Shown: one piece after another, positions 14,131-26,100 of the stretch | How positions within the stretch are numbered: the first letter of the stretch is position 1 | How the letters are laid out: every line of letters starts with the position of its first letter | Source: an uncultured bacterium | Lineage (GTDB): Bacteria; Acidobacteriota; Thermoanaerobaculia; Multivoradales; JAHZIX01 | Length of the DNA: 30,366 bases | NCBI GenBank assembly: GCA_965368975.1 | Contig: CBDUPA010000036.1 | Location: forward strand, 1 to 30,366 | Reading direction: 5' to 3' | Notes under the pieces: generated by a model | What the model was told of the DNA's origin: nothing | The model's database searches: none | What the model saw: only the letters and a program-made list of their open reading frames with translations | Program-made: the position numbers and the translations under genes

Positions 14131-17100
14131 CACTCCCTCCACCGATCCGCGCCTTGCTGATGCTCGACTGAAGGGCTTGCCGCCCGACAAGCGCCGCTTG
14201 CTCGAACTGATGCTGCGCAAGCAGCAGCAGTCGGCGACCCAGCCAGAAAGGGCGGTGACCGCGGACGGCGGCGGTGGTCCGCGGGCGGTGGCCGGGCGTG
14301 GAAACGCCGCGCCGGCCAGCTTCGCGCAGGAACGGCTGTGGCTGCTCGAGCAGCTGCAGCCGGGATCGGCGTACCACATCCCGCTCGCCCTGCGCCTGCG
14401 CGGTCCGCTCGACGTGACCGCCCTGGCGCGCGCCGTGCGCACCGTCGGCGCGCGTCACGAGAGCCTGCGCACGCGTTTCGAGGAGCGGACCGGCGTGCCC
14501 TGGCAGGTGATCGAGCCGACCGGTTCGCCGCAGGCCCTGGAGCTGCTGCGCCGCGACCTCAGCGGCTTGCCTCCGGCGGCGCGCGAGGTCGAGGCACGCC
14601 GCTGCCTGGACGCCGCGCTGCTGCGTCCGTTCGACCTCGCGCGGGCACCGCTGGCGCGCGCCCTGCTGCTGGTGCTGGGTCCGCGCGAGCACGCCCTGGT
14701 GGTGGTCTTGCACCACGTGATCAGCGACGGTTGGTCGCTGGCGGTCTTCCAGCGCGAACTGGGCGCCGCCTACTTGGGACATCAGCTGCCGCCGCTGCCA
14801 CTGCAGTATGCCGACTACAGTCTGTGGCAGCGGTCCAGAGTGGAAGCCGGGCCGGACGGCCTGGCTTCGCAGATCGAGTGGTGGCGCCAGCGCCTGGCCG
14901 GCCTACCGCCGCGCCTGGAACTGAGTGTTGCCAAGCCGCCGCCAGCACGGCCGACCTATGCTGGCGGCCGCCGTCGCCTGGCCTTCACCGAGGCCACCAC
15001 CGCCGCGCTCGAAGCTCTCGCCCGGCGCGCCGGCTGTACCCTTTTCACCGTCCTGCTGGCCGGTTTCCAGGCGCTGCTGCAGCGCACCAGCGGCAGCGGT
15101 CCGAAGGAGAGCGCCGACCTGGCCGTCGGCATGCCGGTGGCGGGTCGCGACTGGCCGCGCCTCGAAGGCTTGATCGGCTTCTTCGTCAACACCCTGGTGC
15201 TGCGCGGCGACCTGCGTGGCGATCCGTCGTTCGAGACGTTGGTGGCGCGCCTGCACGGCGTCGTGCTCGACGCCCAGGAACACGCCGACGTACCCTTCGA
15301 CCGCCTGGTCGCCGAGCTGGCGCCCGAGCGTCGCCGAGGTCAATCGCCGCTGTTCCAGGTGATGTTCAGCTTCTTCGAGGGGGCGGGAGCGGGCAGTGCG
15401 GCCGGTGATGCCGTGCCGGCCCTGCCCGGCCTCGATGTCGAGCGCTTGCAAGGCAGCGACCTGGAAGCCAAATTCGACCTGACGCTCGAGCTGGGTCGGG
15501 CGCCCTCTGAGGGTACCAATACGGGGACGACCAGAGCAGGGGCCCTGCGCGGTGGTCTCGAATACCGCGCCGATCTCTTCGACGCCACCACCGCCGAGCG
15601 CCTGTGCCGGCACTTGAAGGTGCTGCTGCACGCCGCCGCCGTCGAGCCGTCGACCCCGCTCTCGCGCCTGCCGCTGCTGACCGCCGGTGAGCGCCAGCAG
15701 CTGTGCTTCGAATGGGCGTTGCCGTCCGCCGATGCGCCCCTCGAGACGCAAGCTGAGCGGTCTGGAGAGGCGCCCTCCTCGACCCTGCACGGGCGCGCCC
15801 TGGCCTGGGTCGCAAGGCGTCCGGACGCTATTGCCGTCCACTATGGCCGCCATCATCTCAGCTACCGCCTGCTGGACCAGCGCAGCCGAGCCCTGGCCGC
15901 CTGGCTGGCGACGGCTGGCGTCGATCGCGGCTCGGTCGTTGCGGTGCCTTTCACGCCGTGTGTTGAGCTGATCGTTGCCTACCTGGGCATTCTGCGTCGT
16001 GGCGCCGCCTACCTGCCGCTCGATCCGGCCCTGCCCGCCGAGCGCCTGGCCTTCCAGCGTGCCGACGCCGGAGCCGTCGTGGAATTGACGGTCGAGCAGG
16101 TGGCTTCGGAACTGGCTGCAGGGGAGGACATCCACCAGGACGCTGGCGGCATCGACTTGGCCTACGTCCTCTACACCTCCGGCTCCACTGGCAAACCCAA
16201 GGGCGTCGACGTGCCGCACCGTGGGCCGCTGCGGATGTTCGACGATCCCCGCGCCGGCTTCCTCAGCGCCCTCGATTTCCTCAGCGCCCTCGATTTCCTC
16301 AGTGCCTCAGACAGCGTACCGAGCACCCAGCTACGTGTCAGCCAGGCGGTCAATCCTGCCTTCGACGTCTCGGTGTACGAGATCTGGGGTGCCCTGGTGC
16401 ACGGTGGCTGCGTCGTCGGCCTGCCGCGTCACGTGCTGGCCGATCCGCCGCGCCTGGAGCGTCACCTGGCCGAGCGTCGACCGCACGTCACCTTCCTGCC
16501 CGCCGCCGTCTTCGCCCAGGCCGGGCCGCGTCGCCCGCGTGCCTTCGCCGGCCTGCGCACCCTCGCCGCCGGCGGCGAGGCGGTCGACCCGGAAGCGGCC
16601 CGGCGCGTGCTCGCCTCGGGTGCACCGCCGGCCTGGCTGCTCAACGGCTATGGCCCCACCGAAGCCTCCGTTTTCGCCACCTTCCACACCATCCGCCAGG
16701 TCGCCGCCGACGCCGCCAGCGTGCCGATCGGTCGGCCGCCCAGCGGTACCGACGCAGCGGTGCTGGACCCGGCTGGGCAGGTCTTGCCGCTGGCGGCGGT
16801 CGGCGAGCTGTACCTGGGCGGCCGTGCCCTGGCCTGGGGCTACCGTGGCCGACCAGCGCTCACCGCCACCGCCTTCGTGCCGCACCCGCTCGCCGGCCTG
16901 AGCGTCGAAGGCGGTGCCCGCATCTACCGCACCGGCGACCTGGCCCGCTGGCTGCCCGACGGCACCCTCGACTGCTTGGGCCGCCGCGACCACCAGGTCA
17001 AGATCCGCGGCTACCGCATCGAGTTGGGCGAGATCGAAGCCCGCCTGGTGGCCCTCGACGGCATCGCCGAGGCGGCCGTGGTGGTGCGCGAAATGGCGGG

Positions 17101-20100
17101 GGATCGGCGGTTGGTGGCGTACGTGGTGGGGGAGGGGCAAGAAGCGGAATCCCCGCCCCTCGCCCAGGGCACCCACACGGGGGTGCCCTGCGGCGAAGCC
17201 GCATCTGGATCCGGATTGGTCCGGGCGGACGATCTCGCCGCCCACCTCCCGGACTACATGATCCCGTCCGCCGTCGTCCCGGTCGACGCCCTGCCGCTGA
17301 CCCCGAACGGCAAGCTCGACCGCAAGCGTCTAGCCTCGGACCCCACTTTCGCTCCAGCGGCGCAGGCCCGTGCGACCGGCGGAGACGCGGCTGGCGGTGG
17401 AACGAGCGAGGCACCGCGCGACGAGCTGGAAGCGCAACTGGCGGCGCTGTGGGGCAAGCTGCTGGAGGTCGAGACGGTCGGGGTCGACGACGACTTCTTC
17501 CGCCTCGGCGGCCACTCGCTACTCGGCACCCGCCTGCTGGCCGAGATCGACGCCGCGCTCGGCCGCCGGCTGAGCCTGGCCGAGCTGTTCGACGCCCCCA
17601 CCGTCGCTGGCCAGGCGCGCATCCTGCGTCAGCGTGGTGGTGCTGCTGGCAAGGCTGCCGGGGAGGGCGACGCACTCCCGGCGCCGCCGCCGCTCGAAGC
17701 GCTGGCCCGCGCCGGCTCGGGGCCATGGCGCTTCCCGCTCTCCTTCGCCCAACAGCGACTGTGGTTCCTGCACCGTCTACAGCCCGGCCTGGTGGCCTAC
17801 AACATGCCACTGCCGCTGCACCTGCGCGGTGGACTGCTGCCGGCCGTGCTGGCCGCCGCCCTCGCCGCCTTGGTCGAGCGCCACGAGGTGCTGCGCACGA
17901 CCTACAGCTACGCTGACGTGCCCGGTGACGCCGACGTGCCGCCGCGGCAGCTGGTGGCGGCGCCGTCGAGTCGACCGCTGTCGGTACCGCTGCCGGTGGT
18001 CGACCTGCGGCGCGTGCCGCGCGCGGTGGCCCAGGGCCGGCTGACGGGAACCCTGCTCCAGCGCGAGGCACGGCGGCCCTTCGACCTGGCCCACGAGCCA
18101 CCGCTGCGCGCGTTGCTCGTGCACGTGCCAGCGGAGGAGGCGTCAGCAGCAGGAGATCGGCACGAGTATGCCCTGCTGCTCACCCTGCACCACATTGCCG
18201 GCGACGGCTGGTCGCTGGGCGTGCTGCTGCGCGAGCTGGTGCACCTCTACGCCGCCATCGCCGAGCGACGTCAACCCCACCTGCCGGAACTGCCGGTGCA
18301 GGTGGCCGACCACGCCAGCTGGCAGCGCGACTGGCTGGCGACGAGCGCCGGAGCGGATGGCCGCACGGTCCTGGACCTGCAACTCGACCACTGGCGTCAC
18401 CGTCTCGCAGGCGCGCCACCGCTCGACCTACCGCTCGACCGTCCACGCCCCGCTGTCTTCGACGACACCGGTGCCAGCTGCCGGCACCGCCTGAGCGAGG
18501 CCGATGCCGCGGCGCTGCGCACGCTGGCGCGCAGCCACGGCACGACGCTCTTTGTCACCCTGTTGACCGGCGTCCAGGCGCTGCTGGCGCGCTGGGCACG
18601 GCAGACGGACGTCAGTGTCGGTGTGCCGGTGGCCGGACGGCGGCACAAGGAGGTCGAGAACCTGATCGGCTTCTTTGTCAATACGCTGGTGGTGCGGGGG
18701 GAGATGGTCTCGATGACCTTCCAGGATCTCCTGACGCAGCTGCGCCGCCGCGTGCTCGACGCCTACGATCACCAGGACGTGCCGTTCGAACGCCTGGTGG
18801 AGGAACTGCAAGGGCGCCGCGACCGCAGCCGGCCGCCGCTCTTCCAGGTGCTCTTCGACTTGCAGCCGGCGGCGCTCAGCGGTACGCGGGGCGCCGGAGA
18901 CCTGGCCGACCGGCTGCCCGGGCTGGAGCTTTCGACCTTCGCCGATGACGGCAGAGACGGCGATGCGGTAGCCACAGGTCGCGTCAAGTTCGAGCTCGAA
19001 TTGTACGCGTCGGAAGGCCCGCACGGGCTGGAACTCAGCGTGGTCTACGCCTGCGCCTTGTTCGACTCCACGACCGCCGCGCGCCTGCTGCGTCAGCTCG
19101 GTGAGCTGCTGCGCGCCGCGGCGGCTGCTCCGTCGACGCCGTTGACCGAGCTGCAGCTGCTCGGCCGCGCCGAGGCGCACCAGTTGCTGCGCGAGGTCAA
19201 CGACTCGCGCAGCCGTGCCGATCTCTCCGTCTCGTTGCCGGCAGCGGTGGCACAGGTGGCCGAGCGGCAACCGCACGCGATCGCTGCCGCCTATGATCAC
19301 CACCACCTGAGCTACGCCGAACTGTGCCGGCGCGCCGGGCGTTTGGCGGCCGAGCTATCGGCGTACGGCGTGCGTCGAGGCACCCTGGTGGGTCTGTGCC
19401 TGGCACCGTCGTGTGACTGGCTGGTCGCCATGCTGGGAATCCTCGAAGCCGGCGGCGCCTACCTGCCGCTGGATCGTGCCTACCCGGCCGAACGGCTGGC
19501 CTTCCTGTTGCAGGACACCGGTGCGCCGGTGGTGCTGGTGGATGCGGCCGGGCGCCAGGCACTGGCGGGGGTTGCGGTGGAGAATGGTTGCCACCTGGTC
19601 GATCCCCCCGCCCAGGGTAGGCCCATGTGCCTGCCCTGCGGCGAAGCCGCATCCGAGTCCGCGGCGCCCCTCACCGGCGACGATCTGGCCTACGTCATCT
19701 ACACCTCTGGCTCCACCGGCACTCCCAAGGGCGTCGCCGTGCCGCAACGCGCCGTGCTGCGCCTGGTGCGCGACGTGCGGTATGTCGACTTGCAGGTTGG
19801 CGACGGGCAACTGCGCGGTGACGCGAGGGGTCACCGGGCCGTGCGTACCGGCCAACTCGCCAACACCGCCTTCGACGCCGCCACCTACGAGATCTGGGGC
19901 GCCCTGGTGCACGGCGGCTGTGTCGTCGGGGTGCCGCGCTCGGTGACGCTGGGGACTGGGGTCACGGCGACACGGGACGGCTTGCGCCTGGGGCCCTGGC
20001 TGCGCTCGCGCGGAGTTGACACCACCTTCCTGACCGCCGCTCTCTTCGCCCAGGAAGCCGGCCTCGACGCGCGCGCCTTCGCCGGCCTGGGCGACCTGCT

Positions 20101-23100
20101 GGCGGGCGGCGAAGCGGTCGATCCGCAGGCGGCACGGCGGGTGCTCACCTCGGGCGCGCCTCCCGCGCGTCTGCTCAATGGCTACGGCCCTACGGAGTGC
20201 ACCACCTTCGCTGTTGTCGACACCATTGCCGTGCCATCGGAGGCGGCTGTTTCTGTGCCGATCGGCCGGCCGATTGCCGATACTGAAGCGTTGGTGATCG
20301 AGACCGGCGGTGGCTTCGGCAAGGCTTTGCGCGGTTGGGCGCCGGTTGGCGTGCCCGGGGAGCTGTGCCTGGGCGGCGCCGGCCTGGCATGGGGCTACCT
20401 GCGGCGCCCGGCTTTGACCGCTGCTGTCTTCGTGCCGCACGCGGGGGCCGGCAGGGGAGACGTCGAGCCCGGTGCCCGTCTCTACCGCACCGGCGACCTG
20501 GCGCGGCGCCTGGCCGATGGACGTCTGGACTACCTGGGCCGGCTCGATCGCCAGGTCAAGCTGCGCGGTTTCCGCATCGAATTGGGTGAGATCGAAGCGC
20601 GCCTGAACGAGCATTCCGAGGTCGTCGAGGCGGCGGTGGTGGTGCGCGAGGTGGAAGGGGACCGGCGGCTGGTGGCGTACGTGGTGGGGGCGGAAGCGGA
20701 CCCCCGGTTCCCCGCCCAGGGCACCCACACGGGGGTGCCCCTACCCGGATCCGAATCCGAACTCTGGGTAGGGGCGGCCCCATGTGGCCGCCCTGCGGCG
20801 CAGCCGCATCCGGTTTCCGCGCATCTCCGTCCTTACCTCGCCGACCGCCTGCCCGACTACATGCTGCCCGCGACCTTCGTTGCCCTCGACGCGCTACCGC
20901 TGACGATCAACGGCAAGATCGACCGCCGTCGCCTGGCCGGTGACCCATCGCTGGCGCCGGATGTCCTGATCGCGGCGCCGTCCACCGTGTCGGCTTCCGC
21001 GCGTGTTGCCGAGACATCTTCCGAGGCTGCCTCCCAGGCCGCCGCCCCGCGCGACGAACTCGAAGCGCAGCTGGCGGCGCTGTGGGCACGGCTGCTCGGC
21101 GTGGCGTCGGTGGGCGTGGACGAGGACTTCTTCGAACTCGGTGGTCATTCCATCCTGGCGACGCGGGTGATGGTCGAGGTCGAGGCACTGGTGGGCTTCC
21201 AGGTTCCGCTGGCCGAGCTGTTCACGGCACCGACCGTGGCCGGCTTCGCCGAGCGCGTGCGCGCGTTGCAGGCCGAGGCGGCGGCCGGAGGCACGGCGAG
21301 CCGAATGGCGCTACCGCCGCTCGACGCCGTGCCGCGCGGCACCGGACCGTGGCGCTTTCCAATGTCCTTCGCGCAGCAGCGCCTGTGGTTCATCGATCGT
21401 CTCGACCCCGGCAGCGCCGTTTACCACATTCCACTGCAGCTGCGCCTCGGTGGCGACGTGCAGCCGGCCCGCCTGGCGGCGACGCTGCGGGCTCTGGTCG
21501 CCCGCCACGAAATTCTGCGCACCACCTACAGTGTCGCTGCACACGACGAAACAGTGCCGTGCCAGTGGGTGCACCCGGCGGCGTCCCGGCTCGGCAGGGT
21601 CGCGCTGCCGCTGATCGACCTGCAGCGCTTGCCGACGCTCGCCCGCGAGGCCGAGCGGACGCGGCTGGCGGCGGTCGAAGCTCGTCGACCGTTCGACCTC
21701 GAAGCCGGTCCGGTGCTGCGCGCGCTGCTTGTGCGTCTGACCTCCGGTGACTCAGTGGCGAAGGGCGAGCATGCGCTGATCTTCACCGTCCACCACATCG
21801 CTGCTGATGGCTGGTCACTGGGCTTGCTGACGCGCGAGGTGGCAGCCCTGTACGAACCGAGCGCGACCCTCGACGAGTTGCCCGTTCAGTACGCCGACTA
21901 CTCGACCTGGCAGCGCGACTGGCTCGACAGCACCGACGCCGAGGGCCGCAGCGTGCTCGACCTGCAGGTCGACTACTGGTGCACCCAGTTGCACGCGCTG
22001 GCGCCTCTCGACCTGCCGCTCGACCGACCGCGACCAGCGATCTTCGACCACCGGGCCGCCGGCCGCTGGCGTCACGAATTCCCGGCCGCCCTGGTGGCGC
22101 GCCTGCGGCGGTCGTCGCAGCAGGCCGGCTGCACGCTCTATGTGACCTTGTTGACCGCCTTCCAGGTGCTACTCGGCCGCTGGGCCGGGCAGGCGGACGT
22201 CACCGTCGGCACGCCGGTCACCGGCCGTCGTCACCGTCACCTGGAGCCGCTGATCGGCTTGTTCGTCAACACGCTGGTATTGCGCGGTGATCTTTCAGTC
22301 ACGGCGGACCGCCAAGAGGCCACGGCGGACGGCCAAGAGGCCACGGTGGACCGCCAAGAGGCCACGGCGGACCGCCAAGAGAAAGGCCGCCTGCTGGATG
22401 GTCCTGCCTTCGATGCCTTACGCCGTCGCGCTCAGCAGACGGTCCTCGACGCCTACGAGCATCAGGATCTGCCCTTCGAGCGCCTGGTCGAGCAGCTGCA
22501 ACCGGCGCGCGACCGCAGCCGGGCACCGCTGTTCCAGGTGCTCTTCGCGCTGCAGGAACTGGACCTCGGGCGCGGCTTCGAGCTGCCGGGGCTGCACCTG
22601 CGTTCCGAGGGCATCGACGCCGGCACTCAGCGCCTGGACCTGGAAGTGCAGCTGTTCGAAGCCGAGGACGCCGCCGGCCAGCCGATCCTGCGTCTCGACG
22701 CGGGCTTCAGCAGCGCCCTGTTCGACGCCACCACCATCGGCCGTCTGCTGAGCGCCTTCGAGAGCTTGCTCGACGCGGCCGTGGAGGCTCCCTCGACGCC
22801 GATCCATCGCCTGCCGCTGCTCGGCGCCGCCCAGCGCCACCAGTTGCTCGCCGAGTGGAACGACACCGAGCAGCCGTTCCTTGCCGGCCGTACCGTGCCC
22901 GAGCTGGTCGCCGCGACCGCCGCCGAGCGGCCGGACGCCATCGTCTTCCACACCAGCAGCTTTCACCCGGCCCTGTATCGCGACGAGGGGCACGGCGAGG
23001 AGTCCTCGATCCAGCGACCGCGCGGCCAGAAACCCAGCCAGCAGCCCAGTTCGACTGCCAACCAGTCAGTTGTCAGTCGCCTGCTCAGCTACGGTGAACT

Positions 23101-26100
23101 GGACCGCCGGTCGGCACTCCTGGCGCGCCACCTGGTGGCGCTGGGCGTTCGGCGCGAGCAGGCCGTGGGTATCTACCTGGACGCTGGCCCGGAGCTGCTG
23201 GTGGCAATGCTCGGCGTGCTGCGTGCCGGCGGTGCCTACCTGACGCTCGATCCGGTCTATCCGGCCGATCGCCTGGCCTACATGCTGGAGCACAGCCGAG
23301 CCGAGGTGTTGCTGACGCGGCGCGGCCTGTTTGGCGGCGTGCCGCCGTTCAGTGGCCAGGTGCTGGACCTGCAGGCAGTGCTGGAGACCGAGACGGCGCA
23401 GCCAGCGACACCGGATGTCGCCCAGCGAGCCCAGCTAGCGCGACCGGCGGTCGATGCCGAGCAGTTGCTCTGCCTGCTCTACACCTCTGGTTCCACCGGT
23501 CGCCCGAAGGGCGTCGGCATGGTGCAGCGCGCGGCGCTACGCACCGTTTCTGGGCAGGACTACCTACGCTTTTCGGCTGCTGTCCGCGTGCCGTTGCTCA
23601 ACAACCTGAGCTTCGACCCTACGATCGCCGAGTTCTGGGGGCCGACGACCCACGGCGGCTGCTTGCTGTCGATGGACCGCGGCCTGTTGCTCGAACCCGT
23701 GGAACTGGGCACCGAACTGCGCCGTCTGGGTGCCAATACAGCCTGCTTGCCGACCACCGCCGTGCACCAGATCGGTCGCCAGACTCCCGGTGCTCTGGGC
23801 TGTCTCGACCAGGTACTGTTCGGCGGTGAGGCGGCCGAGCGCGACCCGCTGCTCGGTTTTTATTCTATGGACACCTCCGGATCCGCGTCTACGCCCACAT
23901 CCACTGGCACCTGGGGGCGCCCACCGGGCTGGATCGTCAACGGCTATGGGCCCACCGAGAGCACGCTGTTGGTGACCCGCGAGCCCCTGGGTGCGCGCAC
24001 CCTGCGTGCCTCGCAGCCCTACATCCCGATCGGGCGCCCGCTGAGCAATTCACAGGTTCTGGTGTTCGAGCGCGGCGGCGCCATCGCACCGGTAGGCGTG
24101 CCGGGTGAGCTGCGCCTGGGCGGCCAGGGCCTCAACCGTGGCTACGTGCGCCAGCCGTCGCGCACCGCCGCTGCCTTCGTGCCCCACCCCTTCGCCGGTC
24201 GAGTTGGCCTGGCCACGGGCGTGCGCCTCTATCGTAGCGGCGACCTGGCACGCATGCTGGCCGATGGCCGGGTCGAGTTCCTGGGGCGCATCGACAACCA
24301 GATCAAGCTGCGCGGCTATCGCATCGAGCTGGGCGAGATCGAGGCGCGGTTGCTGGAAGCCGAGGGCGTGGCCGCCGCCACCGTCGTTGTGCGGCGCGAT
24401 GGTCCCGCGGGGGATCGCCTGGTGGCGTACGTGGTCGGGGAGGGGAGGCCGCAGCCGCTTTCGGCTTCTTTGCGCGCCCATCTCGCCGCTCACCTGCCCG
24501 CCTACATGGTTCCCTCCGCGTTCGTCGTCCTCGACGACTTGCCCAAGAACACCCACGACAAGGTCGACCGCCGGGCACTGCGCGAAGACGCGGTCTACGC
24601 TCCTGAGGCCCACGCGGTCGGCGCGTCGGAGGATGCTGCTGGTACGAGCAGCCGAGTGCCGCCGCGCGACGCGCTGGAGGCTCGGGTCGCGGCGCACTGG
24701 CGGCGCGTGCTGGGCGTCGAGCACCTGGGCGTCGAGGATGATTTCTTCCAGCTCGGTGGTCACTCGCTGCTCGCCATGCAGCTGGCGGCCGCCGTGCAGG
24801 AGGACTTCGGCACTGGCCTGCCGCTGGCCGAGCTGTTCGCCGCGCCGACGGTCGCCGGGGTCGCCGCCTTCTTGCGTTTGCAGGGGGTTGAGGGCTCGGG
24901 CCTTGTGGGCTCGCCTGCTGAGGTGCAGGCCGCCAGAGCACGGCGGACCGCCGCGCTGGTGGCGCTGCCGCGCGATGGTCGTCCGCCATGGGAGTTCCCC
25001 ATGTCGTTCGGGCAGCAACGCCTGTGGTTCCTCGACCGCCTCGAACCCGGGCAGGCGGCCTACAACATGCCCTCGGCGCTGCGTTTGCACGGTCGCCTAC
25101 GGCCGGCGGCCCTGGGATCCGCGCTCGGCACGGTGCTCGAGCGTCACGAGATGCTGCGCACGACGCTGGCACAGGTGGCCGGCGAAGCGGTGCAGCGGGT
25201 GTGGCCAGCGGCAGCCGTGCGTCAACCGTGGGCGACTTTGCCGTGCATCGACCTTCACGCGCTCACCCTGGTGGATCGCGAGGCCGAGGCGCGGCGCCTG
25301 GGTTCGCGGGAAGCTCGGCGCCCCTTCGACCTCGAACGCGGTCCGCTGCTGCGCTCCTTGTTGCTGCGCCTCGAGACCTCTTCGCGGGACTCCGCGCCAG
25401 GGCGGACAAAGACGAGCGATCACATCTTCCTGTTGGTGCTGCACCACATCGCGGGCGACGGCTGGTCGATGGGCATCCTGGTGCAGGAGATCAGCGCCGC
25501 CTACCGTGCCGCCGTCCACGGCGAGGCACTCGAGCTGCCCGAGCTACCAGTGCAGTACGCCGACTACGCGGCCTGGCAGCGGCAGCGGCTCGAAGAACAG
25601 GTGCAAGCGCCTGTGGAAGAAGGAGCAGCCGGCGGTACGCTGCTCGACGCTCAGCTGGCCTGGTGGCGCGAGCAGCTGCACGGGGCCGAGACCCTCGACT
25701 TGCCGCTCGATCGCCCGCGTCCGCCGGTGTTCGATCCGCGCGCTGGCCAGCGCGTCGGGCGCCTCGGTGCCGAGCTGACCGCGCGTCTGCGCCAGCGCGC
25801 CCGCGACGCCGGGCACACGCTCTTCGTCAGCCTGCTCACCGGCTACCAGGTGCTGCTCGCGCGCTTGGCTGGACAGAGCTTGCCCGGACTCGACGTCAGC
25901 GTCGGGACCCCGGTTGCCGGCCGTCGTCACCCGCGCGTCGAGGGACTGATCGGTTTCTTCGTCAACACCTTGGTCTTGCGCGGCCACCTGCCCGCTGATG
26001 TCACCGCGAGAGCGTCCAAGGACGGACCGAGCTTCGCCGAGTTGGAAGCGCACCTGGCGCGGGTGCTGGTGGGTGCGCAGGATCACCAGGACATTCCCTT

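Larger units (their letters stand above)
14315..17630 (+). other. NRPS3 module 1, C(LCL-like)-A-T; code DVYFAGGVFK (hydrophobic, Val/Ile-like clade)
   Basis: HHVISDG; AFDVSVYEIW, HVTFLP, TLAAGGE, NGYGPTEASVF; FFRLGGHSL. The substrate is an inference. Confidence 0.8.
17737..21270 (+). other. NRPS3 module 2, C-A-T; code DAYFLGGTFK (Val-like)
   Basis: HHIAGDG; AFDAATYEIW, DTTFLT, DLLAGGE, NGYGPTECTTF; FFELGGHSI. The code resembles the Val consensus DAFWIGGTFK. Confidence 0.8.

Noticed and set aside
20719-20808. GC-rich hairpins as intrinsic terminators
   Set aside because: They lie inside an open reading frame and lack a convincing poly-U tail. They fit REP-like repeats better.
22300-22381. 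Possible CRISPR array
   Set aside because: The 21-bp units are directly adjacent with no unique spacers, lie in frame within a CDS, and no cas genes are present.
24105-25778. 557-aa plus-strand ORF and other alternative-frame ORFs after 14130
   Set aside because: They are off-frame readings of NRPS3. All NRPS motifs stay in frame +2, so there is no evidence of frameshifting or pseudogenisation.
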